In this document: one piece after another, positions 42,863-52,905 of the stretch | How positions within the stretch are numbered: the first letter of the stretch is position 1 | How the letters are laid out: every line of letters starts with the position of its first letter | NCBI GenBank assembly: GCA_044440125.1 | Contig: JBITAJ010000028.1 | Location: 128,001 to 192,000 of the forward strand | Direction: 5' to 3' | Length of the DNA: 64,000 nt | DNA from: Sedimentisphaeraceae bacterium JB056 | GTDB lineage: Bacteria > Planctomycetota > Phycisphaerae > Sedimentisphaerales > Sedimentisphaeraceae | The notes under the pieces: model-generated | Database searches by the model: none | The model's input: only the letters and a program-made list of their open reading frames with translations | Told to the model about the DNA's origin: nothing | Program-made: the position numbers and the translations under genes

Positions 42863-42880
42863 ATTAAAGATTTAAGTAAT

Positions 42881-45106
42881 TTAGTTCAAGGTTTCATATT
42901 CATTCATACGAAGCCAGTTAGCCGCCATAATGGCAAGGTCAAGACTATTAACAGCACAGTCACCGTTAATATCACCTGTAGATGCTTCTATCAGACATTT
43001 CGGAGTTGAGAAGAGCCAGATATTACCTCTAACAGTATCTGTATCTGTTACAGTATCAACTCTCCAGTAATAATCTTCATTAGTATCAAGTGCTGTCGGA
43101 GTAACTGAATTTGAAGTTGTAGGAATAGTCTCTACTACTGTCTGCATAAGTTCATCAGTAGCAATCACAACATTCTGTGATACAATAGTTCCACATGAAG
43201 CAGGAGTCCAACTCAATGTTGTAGATGGGTCTACCGCAACAGCATCATCTTCTGGATATGGTGAAGACGGCAGCGAACTGCAAAGAGCCTGCTCAAAATC
43301 TGCCGGCAATAGAGCTCCGTAAGATATCTTAGCAAAATCCATTACACCTTCAAAATTCCATGCATCGTGAAGAATGCTGCCACCTATAACAGTAGTACCC
43401 GGCATAATCAAACTGCCCGTAGCATCAGCTGCCTCCGCAACATTAACATAGTCGACATATAATTTAAGCAAACTGTTTTCTACATCGCGAACACAAGCAA
43501 TATGATGCCATTGACCATCACGGATACTGTATGGACTTTCAACATAAGACCAGTTTGAATTATCTGTGGTTGAGAATACAAGCTTACCAGAACCTTCTAC
43601 TCTGCACCAGAATTGAGGATAGTTATTACTAATCCAATATCTTTCTTCATCTGTAACTAAAGAAGCGACCAGCAGTATTACATTGGTATCATTCTCAAGC
43701 TTTACAAGACTTTCGAATGTAAAACTGTTCTCACCTATAGGTATCTGACTGCCGGCAAAACTTGTACCTGTATCATAGCCAGGCTCCAAAATAAACTCAA
43801 AGCTCTCATCACCAAAATAAGAAGCATCGCTGTCATATCCCGGCGCCGGAGTGTAATACATAGAATCATCAGTCAATACATCTTCACTCTCAGAAGCATA
43901 AAGATCTCTGCCGTTGCCGCTGATATCATAAATCACATCACCTGCCGCGGTAGGCATACCAACTGTCTTATCGTCAAAGGTCCAGAATGCCGCTACATCG
44001 GTATTGACATCAACTGTAGAGAAACTCCAAACATCACCTTCCTGGTCAACAGCATAATCGTTAGGATCTGTTCCTACGGTATCAACTCTCCAGAAGTATG
44101 TCGCCGCACCACCAAGAACGTCAAGATTTACACTGTTGCCGCTTGTAATATTGAAAGATTCTACAATATTATTCATATCAGCAGTTCTTGATACAGTAAC
44201 TGTATTTGAAGACACAGTTACACCTGCTATCTGATCCCAGCTAAGCGAGACACCTGTTGTAGCATTATTTACAGAACCATCTTCAGGGAAAGGATTCGTT
44301 GGCTTAGGTACAATCTGCACAAAATCTGACACATCGAGTGCTGTATCACTAATTTTGAAGAAATCCATTCCGCCCACCATATCAGAAGTCATCTGCTGGA
44401 AGTTACCAATGTAAAGTGAACCGCCCGTTCCTGTAAAGGAAGTATAACCACCTTCATAAGAAAGAACCAGCTCATAATCAACAAACATATCAACATCAGC
44501 GCGACCGGTAGTCGTAGCAGTAAAACGAATTGCAAGATGATGCCACTGAGCATCAAAGAAATTGATACCTGTAGTATTTGCAGAAGCCCAACCTCCTGCA
44601 TAGTTGCCAAAACGGAGATTACCACCTTCAATACGCCACCACAACTCTCTACTTGTTTCAGTCAAATACCGGCATAAACCGTTTTGAAGTGAAGCTGAAG
44701 TTTTGGGGAATCTTACGGCTGTTTCAAACGTGAAACTCTGATTCTCAAGACTGAACCAATCACCGGAAAGACTGCCTTCATCGCCAAAATCATGTCCCGG
44801 CTCAAAGATAAGTTCATCATCAGATGCTGTAAAATTTGCAGCCGAACTTTCTCCATATCCAGGATCACCATCAGTAAATTCCAAGACATCAACGATATCA
44901 CCGCCATTTATGTAACCATCTCTTCCGTTACCACTGCTGTCTATAATCCTGGTTCCACTATCGACAGTTTCACCCGGCAGCACATCATTAAACTCCCAAT
45001 ATGCTACAGTCCCGGCATAGTTGGAGGAAACAATCAAGCAACACATCAAAGCAACTACTGCCAAGAGCATGTTTCTTTTACCTAAATTGACTGCCATTTT
45101 TTTCAT
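42881..45106 (-). CDS. Secreted non-catalytic LamG/FN3-like repeat protein with dockerin-like C-terminus
   Basis: Two LamG-like domains (VAYWEFND..., SFTFE, QWHH), two YxWRVD modules, C-terminal GDINGDCAVNSLDLAIMAANWL. AAGGAG RBS favours start 45106. Confidence 0.85.
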   Translation of the reverse strand: MKKMAVNLGKRNMLLAVVALMCCLIVSSNYAGTVAYWEFNDVLPGETVDSGTRIIDSSGNGRDGYINGGDIVDVLEFTDGDPGYGESSAANFTASDDELIFEPGHDFGDEGSLSGDWFSLENQSFTFETAVRFPKTSASLQNGLCRYLTETSRELWWRIEGGNLRFGNYAGGWASANTTGINFFDAQWHHLAIRFTATTTGRADVDMFVDYELVLSYEGGYTSFTGTGGSLYIGNFQQMTSDMVGGMDFFKISDTALDVSDFVQIVPKPTNPFPEDGSVNNATTGVSLSWDQIAGVTVSSNTVTVSRTADMNNIVESFNITSGNSVNLDVLGGAATYFWRVDTVGTDPNDYAVDQEGDVWSFSTVDVNTDVAAFWTFDDKTVGMPTAAGDVIYDISGNGRDLYASESEDVLTDDSMYYTPAPGYDSDASYFGDESFEFILEPGYDTGTSFAGSQIPIGENSFTFESLVKLENDTNVILLVASLVTDEERYWISNNYPQFWCRVEGSGKLVFSTTDNSNWSYVESPYSIRDGQWHHIACVRDVENSLLKLYVDYVNVAEAADATGSLIMPGTTVIGGSILHDAWNFEGVMDFAKISYGALLPADFEQALCSSLPSSPYPEDDAVAVDPSTTLSWTPASCGTIVSQNVVIATDELMQTVVETIPTTSNSVTPTALDTNEDYYWRVDTVTDTDTVRGNIWLFSTPKCLIEASTGDINGDCAVNSLDLAIMAANWLRMNEYETLN

Positions 45107-45421
45107 AAGCATCTCCTTTATAAATAATTAATAAATTTTCAAACAACCTATACAATTATAATTGTGTTATACGCTATTTATTATAGCCCATCAAATTTGA
45201 TATATAAAGTCTAAAGTCCTTGCTAAAAGTGATAATATTTGGCTATCTGTGACATAAAAGTTTTTTTATCCGAATATTTGCAACCAACAGCAAAAAATCA
45301 CCTCACAAAACACTCTCTGCAATAATCGTTCTCTAAAATAAAACCCAAAGTAAATAAAGCAATAAGTACCCGGCTAAAACTTCACAAATTGTGATATAAC
45401 ACCAGTCACATAAAGAGTCTT

Positions 45422-46465
45422 TTACAAAATTACTGCATTTTTACTTTCATACGACCTGTAACAGCCGCTTATCAGCTTATCCACAACAAGCCCTTCATTA
45501 CTGCCCGGAGTTGATTTTTCACCGTTAATGCAGTCTTTTTCAAAGCTTAGCAGTTGCTTCTCAAACGGATTGGTTTTCGGGAAAGTAAAAGTTGTCCAGC
45601 TTTTGGTTTCTTCACTATAGAACTTCAGAAGAGGCGCGTTATCCATCGGCTTATTCCATGTTACGTAATAGAGTTCAAGCTTGCCTTTTGTACCGTTGAT
45701 TTCAATCTTTTCATCCCAGCCGTCTTTATGAATACCTGTACTGCTGTAAGGAGCTAATGCCGCCTCAAAATGCACACAAACGCCCGTTTCCATCTTAAAA
45801 ATTGAGTTGCTGTGAAGCTCAACATCATAATCTGCCGGTTTCCAGTTGAGCGTATAAACACTTTCTGGAACTCCAAAAAAAAGATGCATAAGATCAAGAA
45901 CATGGCTTCCTGCCATATTCAGCATACCGGCTCCCATACTTTTGTTTATTCGTGAAGGTTGTCCATCAAGCGGCTTCCATGCATCACTGTTGTAAATATC
46001 CGCATCCCAACCGCCAGTCTGGTAAGAACGGATATACGCGGTAATGACATCACCTATCTGAGGCAGAAGTTCTACTGCCTTTTGCGTAGCTGGGAAAAAA
46101 CGCTTCATATAGCCTATTTGGAAATTAGCAGAATAACCCTCTAAAAGCTGTGCAAGTTTCTGTGAATCTTCAAGATTGTCAGTAAACGTCTTCTCACCGA
46201 AAATATGTTTACCAGACTGCATAACCCGCTTGACAACATTATAATGCGTCCTGTTTGGAGTACACACTATAACCGCTTCAATATTATCATCTGCCAAAAA
46301 CTCGCCCATATCATCATAAAAAACGGCTTCCCCGTATAAATCTTTGCGTTTAAGGAAATTATCTTTATTGATATCGCAAACGGCAACTATCGGAAATCCA
46401 ATATTATTACATGCCGAAGCATGAAGCGAGGAAATACTGCCTGTTCCTAATATACCTATTTTCAT
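45422..46465 (-). CDS. Gfo/Idh/MocA-family oxidoreductase
   Basis: IGILGTGSI, CTPNRTH, GKHIFGEK, GYMKRF, GSHVLD. Confidence 0.9.
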   Translation of the reverse strand: MKIGILGTGSISSLHASACNNIGFPIVAVCDINKDNFLKRKDLYGEAVFYDDMGEFLADDNIEAVIVCTPNRTHYNVVKRVMQSGKHIFGEKTFTDNLEDSQKLAQLLEGYSANFQIGYMKRFFPATQKAVELLPQIGDVITAYIRSYQTGGWDADIYNSDAWKPLDGQPSRINKSMGAGMLNMAGSHVLDLMHLFFGVPESVYTLNWKPADYDVELHSNSIFKMETGVCVHFEAALAPYSSTGIHKDGWDEKIEINGTKGKLELYYVTWNKPMDNAPLLKFYSEETKSWTTFTFPKTNPFEKQLLSFEKDCINGEKSTPGSNEGLVVDKLISGCYRSYESKNAVIL

Positions 46466-46491
46466 TTCATATCCTGTCAAAATATATGTAT

Positions 46492-47490
46492 CTAATTCTC
46501 GATAACAATCTTAGCTGTATCCACTTTGTTTTCGCAGGCAAATTTAATAGCATCGGCTATATCTTTAAGCTTAAACCTATGAGAAACAAGAGCCTTGCCG
46601 TCTATTACACCATCTTCAAGAAGCTTTACGGCAAGTGGAGTTCTCATTGCAGGACTTGCAAAAGAACCTCGAAGCTGAAGTTTATTGAAATGGAAATAAT
46701 TTGCATCAAATGTTATATTGCCTGCCGCCCCTGTCTCTATTCCAATGAAAGCGGCTATTGCCCCCATTGCGGCAACACCGAGAAGGTCAGGTATGGTTGA
46801 TGGAGGCGATGTAACCAGAAGTTTATTAGGTTTCATATCAAACTTATAATCTTTTACAGGCATTTTATCCACTTCAATAATCTCATCGGCTCCGAATTGA
46901 AGTGCAAGCTCTTTTCTTTTAGTAGAATCTGAAAGCTCGCAGGCATATATCTTTGATGCACCAGCCCATTTTGCAAGCTGAAGAGCCATAAGACCTATAG
47001 GACCAAGACCTGACACTAACACCACATCGCCGGCTTTAACCTCTGCCACATTAAAAATATCCAACGCCACTCCAAGCGGCTCGGCAAGACATGCAGCATA
47101 CGGATCAAGACCGCTATACTTAACCAGCGATATTTCACGTACTTTCATAACTTCTGAAAAGCCAGTAAACTGCAATGGAACGAGATTCTCACAATATTCC
47201 TGCCGCATATCCTTACAACTGTTACACTGACCGCATGCACTGGAACTATCCATAACAATCGTATCACCGGCTTTAAAACGAGTTACATCACAGCCGACTT
47301 CAAGCACAGTACCCGCTACTTCATGTCCAAAACGCTTATATTCAGCAACCCCCTTACGGGCTGTCATAATATCCGTGCCGCAAATACCGCACGCATCAAC
47401 TTTAACCAAAACCTCACTACCGCCAAGCTCCCCCGCCTCTACATCACGTAGAATCACATCATCAGTATTTTTCAAGAATGCTGCCTGCAT
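46492..47490 (-). CDS. Zn-dependent MDR dehydrogenase (sorbitol/threonine DH-like)
   Basis: CGICGTD, GHE, CGQCNSC...C, AEPL, GLGPIG. Confidence 0.9.
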   Translation of the reverse strand: MQAAFLKNTDDVILRDVEAGELGGSEVLVKVDACGICGTDIMTARKGVAEYKRFGHEVAGTVLEVGCDVTRFKAGDTIVMDSSSACGQCNSCKDMRQEYCENLVPLQFTGFSEVMKVREISLVKYSGLDPYAACLAEPLGVALDIFNVAEVKAGDVVLVSGLGPIGLMALQLAKWAGASKIYACELSDSTKRKELALQFGADEIIEVDKMPVKDYKFDMKPNKLLVTSPPSTIPDLLGVAAMGAIAAFIGIETGAAGNITFDANYFHFNKLQLRGSFASPAMRTPLAVKLLEDGVIDGKALVSHRFKLKDIADAIKFACENKVDTAKIVIEN

Positions 47491-47511
47491 AAATATCTTT
47501 CTGCTTTTATA

Positions 47512-48858
47512 TTAACAAATTGCATTGTTGCTGATTGTTTTACTGTAAAACTCAGCACTTAGCTTTGGAGTTCTCTTCTGTGTCTCAAAATCCACATAGA
47601 ACAGCCCAAATCTATGACTATAACCTCTTATCCATTCAAAATTATCAAGTAGACTCCAAGCAAAATAACCCTTAAGAGGATAACCTTCTGTCACAGCCCT
47701 GTGAGCTGAAACAAGGTGATTACGAATAAAAGTGACGCGATCGGTATCTAAAACCAGTCCACATTCCATCTTGTCTTTGGCCGCACACCCATTTTCAGTG
47801 ATAAATATCTGATCGACATTCCACAACTCAGACAAAAACCTTGGCACCCAATACGCTATCTGAGGACATACATATGCCCATGGTGACTGCATTTTAGGAT
47901 GAGACTCGGTAATTGGAACCACACTAAAACCTTCAGTATTACCATCAGGTTTGATATAAACAGGTGCATAGACATTAACACCTACAAAATCCAAATCAGC
48001 CCCGATAACCTCCATATCACCACTATAATCAAGCCCTGCGGCATCATCATTGTCTGTATAAAACTCAGGATACTCACCTTCCATTATTGTAGTAAGAAAA
48101 GGCGTATTAAGATGTCTGAATGCTTTTCTCGCAGCATCGATATACTCTGGATTTTCAATAGCAGGAACGCATCCGCTAACCCCCTCAGCAATACCAACCT
48201 GAATATTCTGCTGTTTATTGGCTCTCAATGCCCGTAAGCCAAGACCGTGAGCAAGCAGAGCATTGTGCCGTATTTTATAAAGCTGACTGCCGCTAAGCAT
48301 CTTTCCGGGAGCAAGAAAACCTGTCCCGTAAGCTTTGTCTGTAAAATTGGCAAACTCATTGATCGTCATAAAATGTGAAACACGATCAGAAAACAGCTTG
48401 CTTATCAGTCCGCAATAATCCGCAAAATGCTCAGAAGTCTCTCTTGAAAGCCATCCCCCATAGTTATCCTCAAGATATTGCGGCAAATCCCAGTGAAACA
48501 GCGTAATCCATGGCTCAATACCCTTCTCAAGAAGTCTATCGATAAGCTTATTGTAGAAATCAATCCCTTTCTTGTTCGGTTCGCCAAAACCATTAGGAAA
48601 AATACGCGACCATGCAATTGAAAAACGATAATTCTTTATGCCCAGCCATTCCATTAATTCTATATCTTCAGGGAAACGATTGTAGTGATCAGCAGCAATA
48701 TTACCGTTATGGTTCTCATGAACCTTATTTTCCTGCTTACAAAAATTATCCCAAACAGTAAGTCCTCTGCCGTCAGTCTGATAAGCCCCCTCTATCTGAT
48801 AAGCTGAAGTTGAACAGCCCCATATAAAGTCTGAAGGAAATTTGTAGTATTCGTTCAT
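47512..48858 (-). CDS. Beta-glucosidase, GH1
   Basis: SAYQIEG, YRFSIAWSR, TLFHWDLP, TINEF, ITENG, WSLLDNFEW. Confidence 0.95.
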   Translation of the reverse strand: MNEYYKFPSDFIWGCSTSAYQIEGAYQTDGRGLTVWDNFCKQENKVHENHNGNIAADHYNRFPEDIELMEWLGIKNYRFSIAWSRIFPNGFGEPNKKGIDFYNKLIDRLLEKGIEPWITLFHWDLPQYLEDNYGGWLSRETSEHFADYCGLISKLFSDRVSHFMTINEFANFTDKAYGTGFLAPGKMLSGSQLYKIRHNALLAHGLGLRALRANKQQNIQVGIAEGVSGCVPAIENPEYIDAARKAFRHLNTPFLTTIMEGEYPEFYTDNDDAAGLDYSGDMEVIGADLDFVGVNVYAPVYIKPDGNTEGFSVVPITESHPKMQSPWAYVCPQIAYWVPRFLSELWNVDQIFITENGCAAKDKMECGLVLDTDRVTFIRNHLVSAHRAVTEGYPLKGYFAWSLLDNFEWIRGYSHRFGLFYVDFETQKRTPKLSAEFYSKTISNNAIC

Positions 48859-49046
48859 CGTAACCTTGGTATATTAATAACAAAACAAATCACCAAAACA
48901 AAATTATTTTGGAACAAACTATATTCTTGTATACCTCATGCCGTAAATAAAATCAACACCAACATCACAATAAGACAAATAATATCACTAATACACAGAC
49001 TTTTAACAGGCTTTCTACAGAATCAGGTATACTGATTAAAGCACTG

Positions 49047-49901
49047 CTAACTCTGACTTCTAAACTTGCTTGGTGAGATATCGTTATGCTTTTTGAATGC
49101 TCTGGAGAAAGAAAAAGCTGAGTCATAACCTACCATAACTGCAACTTCCTGAAGATTCAAATCTGTAGTTCGTAATATGTGTCTGGCCTTGTTCATCCTC
49201 AGATCAGTCAGAAAAGAAATCGGCGTGCAAGAAAAATATTTGACATGAAGTCGATGAAATTGAACCGCAGAAATCTCCATTCTTTCTGCAAGGTCTTCAA
49301 CTTGCCACGGCACATATAATTTTTCGTTTACCTCTCTCCATATTTCATTGAGCTGCCTCAAACGTTTTGACGCCCACCCACGAGCCTGAGGGTGCAGCAC
49401 GCGCCTTATCAATTCACAAATTATCTCAGCATAAGCATTCGCAAGAGAAACTGCACTAACATTTACACTGGCAGCAAACACCTCGTTCAAGAAACCAGAG
49501 AGTGCATGGTGTATTTCCTCCCCAAACCTCGACTCAAATACCCTTGAACCCTCATCCTTTAAGAAAGACCATTTTGGCGTATCATCAATATGAAACCATA
49601 CTTTTTTGAAATAATCCAAGGCTCTATAATCCTGTAGAGACCCTGCCGGCAAAACCAGCATATCACCACCTTTGAGAAGATATGTCTGATTATCCGTTTT
49701 AAGTTCTCCGCTGCCATCAATTATGTAAGCAAAAAAAGAATGCTTTGGGTTCAAGCGAACAATGTGATACGGTGGATACAATTCACTTATACCGGCAGCT
49801 AATATCATATTCTCACGCAAAACAGCATTCGCAGTAGTAGCTAAGTTTACAACATTTTCTCTGCAACTATCAGGCACAATGACAGTATCTGTTATACTCA
49901 T
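49047..49901 (-). CDS. AraC-family regulator
   Basis: WQVEDLA...RMNKARHIL...VGYDSAFSFSRAFKK...PSKFR. Confidence 0.93.
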   Translation of the reverse strand: MSITDTVIVPDSCRENVVNLATTANAVLRENMILAAGISELYPPYHIVRLNPKHSFFAYIIDGSGELKTDNQTYLLKGGDMLVLPAGSLQDYRALDYFKKVWFHIDDTPKWSFLKDEGSRVFESRFGEEIHHALSGFLNEVFAASVNVSAVSLANAYAEIICELIRRVLHPQARGWASKRLRQLNEIWREVNEKLYVPWQVEDLAERMEISAVQFHRLHVKYFSCTPISFLTDLRMNKARHILRTTDLNLQEVAVMVGYDSAFSFSRAFKKHNDISPSKFRSQS

Positions 49902-49975
49902 GAAATAACCAGCTATTCAATAATATTGTTTTTAACAGTAAAATACATCATATATTATACTAAACAAATATTTAA

Positions 49976-51889
49976 ATGAAAGTTTTCATCATGAAAAACC
50001 ACAAACTTAAAACGCCACAGCTTACTGACATTGAAGTCAAAGATGCATTTTGGAAACCAAGATGCGAAACTAACCGCACCGTAACTATGCCGATAGAATA
50101 TGAACTATGCAAAAAAACCGGCAGAATAGATGCTTTTAGCTGGAAACCCGGTGATGACCCATCCAAAGAACCGCATCATTACTGGGAATCAGATGTAGCA
50201 AAATGGGTTGAGGCAGGCGCGTATATACTTGCCAAAAGTGAAGACAAGCAGCTTGAAAAGGAAATAGACTCTTACATCGATCAGCTTGAAAAAGCACAGA
50301 TGGATGATGGATACCTCAATTCCTACTATATGAACGGCAAAACAGAACATAGATGGACCAATCTCTCTGTAATGCATGAGCTTTATTGCGCCGGTCACAT
50401 GATGGAAGCCGCTGTAGCTTATTATCAGGCTACAGGTAAAAAGAAACTACTGGATATAATGTGCAGTTATGCCGACCATATCGAAGCAAGGTTCGGACCT
50501 GATAAAACTGACGGCTACCCAGGACATCAGGAAATAGAGCTAGCTCTTGTAAAACTGTTCAGGACTACAGATGAAGAAAAATATCTTAAACTCGCCAAGT
50601 TCTTTATAGACCAAAGAGGTAAGCAGCCGATATATTTCGATCAGGAACGCAAAAAACTTGACATAAACCACCAATTTACAAATAGATACTTTCAGGCACA
50701 CTTGCCTGTAAGAGAACAAAAAACAGCGGAAGGTCATGCAGTCAGGGCATTGTACATGTATTGCGGCATGGCTGATGTTGCCATGGAAACAAATAATGAA
50801 AGCCTGTTGAAAGCCTGCAAAACATTATGGAACAATATCACTGAAAAACGTATGTATATAACCGGAGGCACAGGCTCGTGGCCTGAGAGCGAGCGTTTCA
50901 GTGCAGACTACGACTTGCAAAACAACAGAGCATACGCAGAAACATGCGCATCCATCGCGTTGATCTTTTTCGCACAGAGAATGGTAAACATTGAAAAAGA
51001 CAGCAGATATACAGACATAATGGAGCAAACTCTTTACAATGGAGTGCTCTCAGGCATTGGGCTAAGCGGAAAGCACTTTTTCTACGCAAACCCACTTGAA
51101 GCACAACCCGAGCTCGACTACCTAATGCCGGAACATAGAAAAACGCAGCGACAGGAATGGTTTGGATGTTCTTGCTGTCCGCCTAATATCGCCAGATTAC
51201 TCGCATCGCTTGAGCAATATATATACTCATTTGACGAGAACAGCATATATGCTCACCTCTACATTGGCAGCACAATCAAGCACACTTTTGGTCAGTCAGA
51301 AGTAACACTAATTCAGCAAAACAATTACCCATGGGAAGGCAATATAAAATTCACAGTCAATATGCAGCAAGATACCAGCTTCGGGCTAAACCTTCGCCTG
51401 CCTGCATGGTGCAAAAACATCAAACTTTCAGTAAACGGAAAACAGATAGACACCAAACCTATCACAACAAAGGGCTATGCTAAAATAGATAGAAAATGGC
51501 AGAATGGCGATACCGTTGAACTAATACTGGAAATCACAACCGAACTCATGGAATCCAATCCTCAGGTGAGGACTAACGCAGGCTGCGTTGCAATCAAAAG
51601 AGGTCCAATTGTTTACTGCATAGAAGAAGCAGACAACGGCAAAGGACTTCACAATATTAAACTGACATCTGAAACAGAATTCAAAGATGTACGCATTGAT
51701 GAATTGCTCAAAGGAGCAATAGGACTTGAAGCAAATGGATTAAGACGGGCAGATTCAAGCAATGAATTATACAGCGTTGCAAAAGAACACCATTATACGC
51801 CGGCAAAAATCAAAGCCATACCATACTTCTTATGGGCAAACAGAAATCACGGCGAGATGCGAGTTTGGATACGAAACACCCAAGCTTAG
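49976..51889 (+). CDS. GH127 glycoside hydrolase (beta-L-arabinofuranosidase family), no signal peptide
   Basis: SDVAKW, HELYCAGH, GHQEIELAL, GHAVRALY, YAETCASI, CSCCPPN, IPYFLWANR. Start may be 49991. Confidence 0.93.
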   Translation: MKVFIMKNHKLKTPQLTDIEVKDAFWKPRCETNRTVTMPIEYELCKKTGRIDAFSWKPGDDPSKEPHHYWESDVAKWVEAGAYILAKSEDKQLEKEIDSYIDQLEKAQMDDGYLNSYYMNGKTEHRWTNLSVMHELYCAGHMMEAAVAYYQATGKKKLLDIMCSYADHIEARFGPDKTDGYPGHQEIELALVKLFRTTDEEKYLKLAKFFIDQRGKQPIYFDQERKKLDINHQFTNRYFQAHLPVREQKTAEGHAVRALYMYCGMADVAMETNNESLLKACKTLWNNITEKRMYITGGTGSWPESERFSADYDLQNNRAYAETCASIALIFFAQRMVNIEKDSRYTDIMEQTLYNGVLSGIGLSGKHFFYANPLEAQPELDYLMPEHRKTQRQEWFGCSCCPPNIARLLASLEQYIYSFDENSIYAHLYIGSTIKHTFGQSEVTLIQQNNYPWEGNIKFTVNMQQDTSFGLNLRLPAWCKNIKLSVNGKQIDTKPITTKGYAKIDRKWQNGDTVELILEITTELMESNPQVRTNAGCVAIKRGPIVYCIEEADNGKGLHNIKLTSETEFKDVRIDELLKGAIGLEANGLRRADSSNELYSVAKEHHYTPAKIKAIPYFLWANRNHGEMRVWIRNTQA

Positions 51890-51914
51890 TCTGATTGAAT
51901 CGACAATGATTACT

Positions 51915-51954
51915 ACTGACAGCCCTAAGCATGCTCTGGGGCTGTCAGTTTTTT
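51915..51954 (+). terminator. GH127 terminator overlapping the 3' end of the convergent regulator
   Basis: ACTGACAGCCC...GGGCTGTCAGT followed by TTTTT. Confidence 0.75.
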
Positions 51955-52779
51955 CTTATAGCTTGTCGGCGAGCAGCCTCTTTTCCTGCTGTAGAGCCGG
52001 GAAAAATAAAGTGGGTCTTCGTAGCCGATCATAGATGCCACCTTTTTGATCTGTATATCGGGATTAGCTCTCATAATCTCTTCACTTCGACTCAACCTTT
52101 CATCAATCTGGTACTCAACTATACCCATACCGGTAGCACTCTTGAAAAGATGAGAAATGCTCGACTCACTTCTAAAAACCATCTTGGCCGCCTGCGAAGG
52201 AATAATAGTTGAAAGCGGGTTGCTCTTGATGTATTCGAGAACTATTTTAACAGGGTCTTCACTCTTTATAGAGATAAGATGGTGAGATACGATAAAATTC
52301 ACAAGTACTGAAAACAACTGCATTATTTCAGCGACCTTTGACTCATCGTAATAAGGGGCTCTGAAAAAGGCTGTCTTGAGTAACTCCTTTTTCTGACGTG
52401 ATATTTTGCTGATTTTCGATGGAACAGAAAAACTTTCACTCGTCCTGAACTGTCCTATCATTATAAAGCCAAGCAGTTCGTCTTCAACAGTAACCGGCAT
52501 AACGGCCTCATTCATCCCAGAGTAACATTTATAGACATTAAGCTTACCTGTACGCCGAGCTTTAATTTGATTTTGTCTGTCCCATTTCCTGCAAAGATTG
52601 CTGCAGGAAAAATCATACCTAAGCATATGGCAATAATCACATATATCCTGATTATCTCCGGCATTCAATTCTTCACCATCAGCATCAAAAAAAACGATAC
52701 GTATACCCAAGAGCCTTGTAAAGCTGTCAAAAACTTCCTGAGCCTGATCCTTAAACATTAGATTGAACGAATTCTTCAT
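51925..52779 (-). CDS. PocR-sensor AraC-family regulator
   Basis: CDYCHMLR...C..WD...YKCYSGMNEAVMPV...GFIMIGQ (PocR) and GYEDPLYFSRLY (AraC HTH). Leaderless start at 52779 inferred. Confidence 0.9.
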   Translation of the reverse strand: MKNSFNLMFKDQAQEVFDSFTRLLGIRIVFFDADGEELNAGDNQDICDYCHMLRYDFSCSNLCRKWDRQNQIKARRTGKLNVYKCYSGMNEAVMPVTVEDELLGFIMIGQFRTSESFSVPSKISKISRQKKELLKTAFFRAPYYDESKVAEIMQLFSVLVNFIVSHHLISIKSEDPVKIVLEYIKSNPLSTIIPSQAAKMVFRSESSISHLFKSATGMGIVEYQIDERLSRSEEIMRANPDIQIKKVASMIGYEDPLYFSRLYSRKRGCSPTSYKKKLTAPEHA

Positions 52780-52786
52780 AATGTAC

Positions 52787-52864
52787 ATTATAGCTTAACT
52801 TGCAGTATCGTCAATACTATTTGCAGTACAAGACATTTTATCGGCCTTCTGCACACCTTACAAT
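52787..52864. promoter_or_regulatory. Divergent control region with tandem AraC-type half-sites
   Basis: TTGCAGTA at 52800 and 52821 (21-bp spacing). Minus-strand TTGACG-16-TATAAT-7 nt-ATG. Plus-strand TACAAT at 52859 without a consensus -35. Confidence 0.7.
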
Positions 52865-52905
52865 AATCATAGAATCAAAAATACAAATTGAAAGGTTTAA
52901 CAGAT

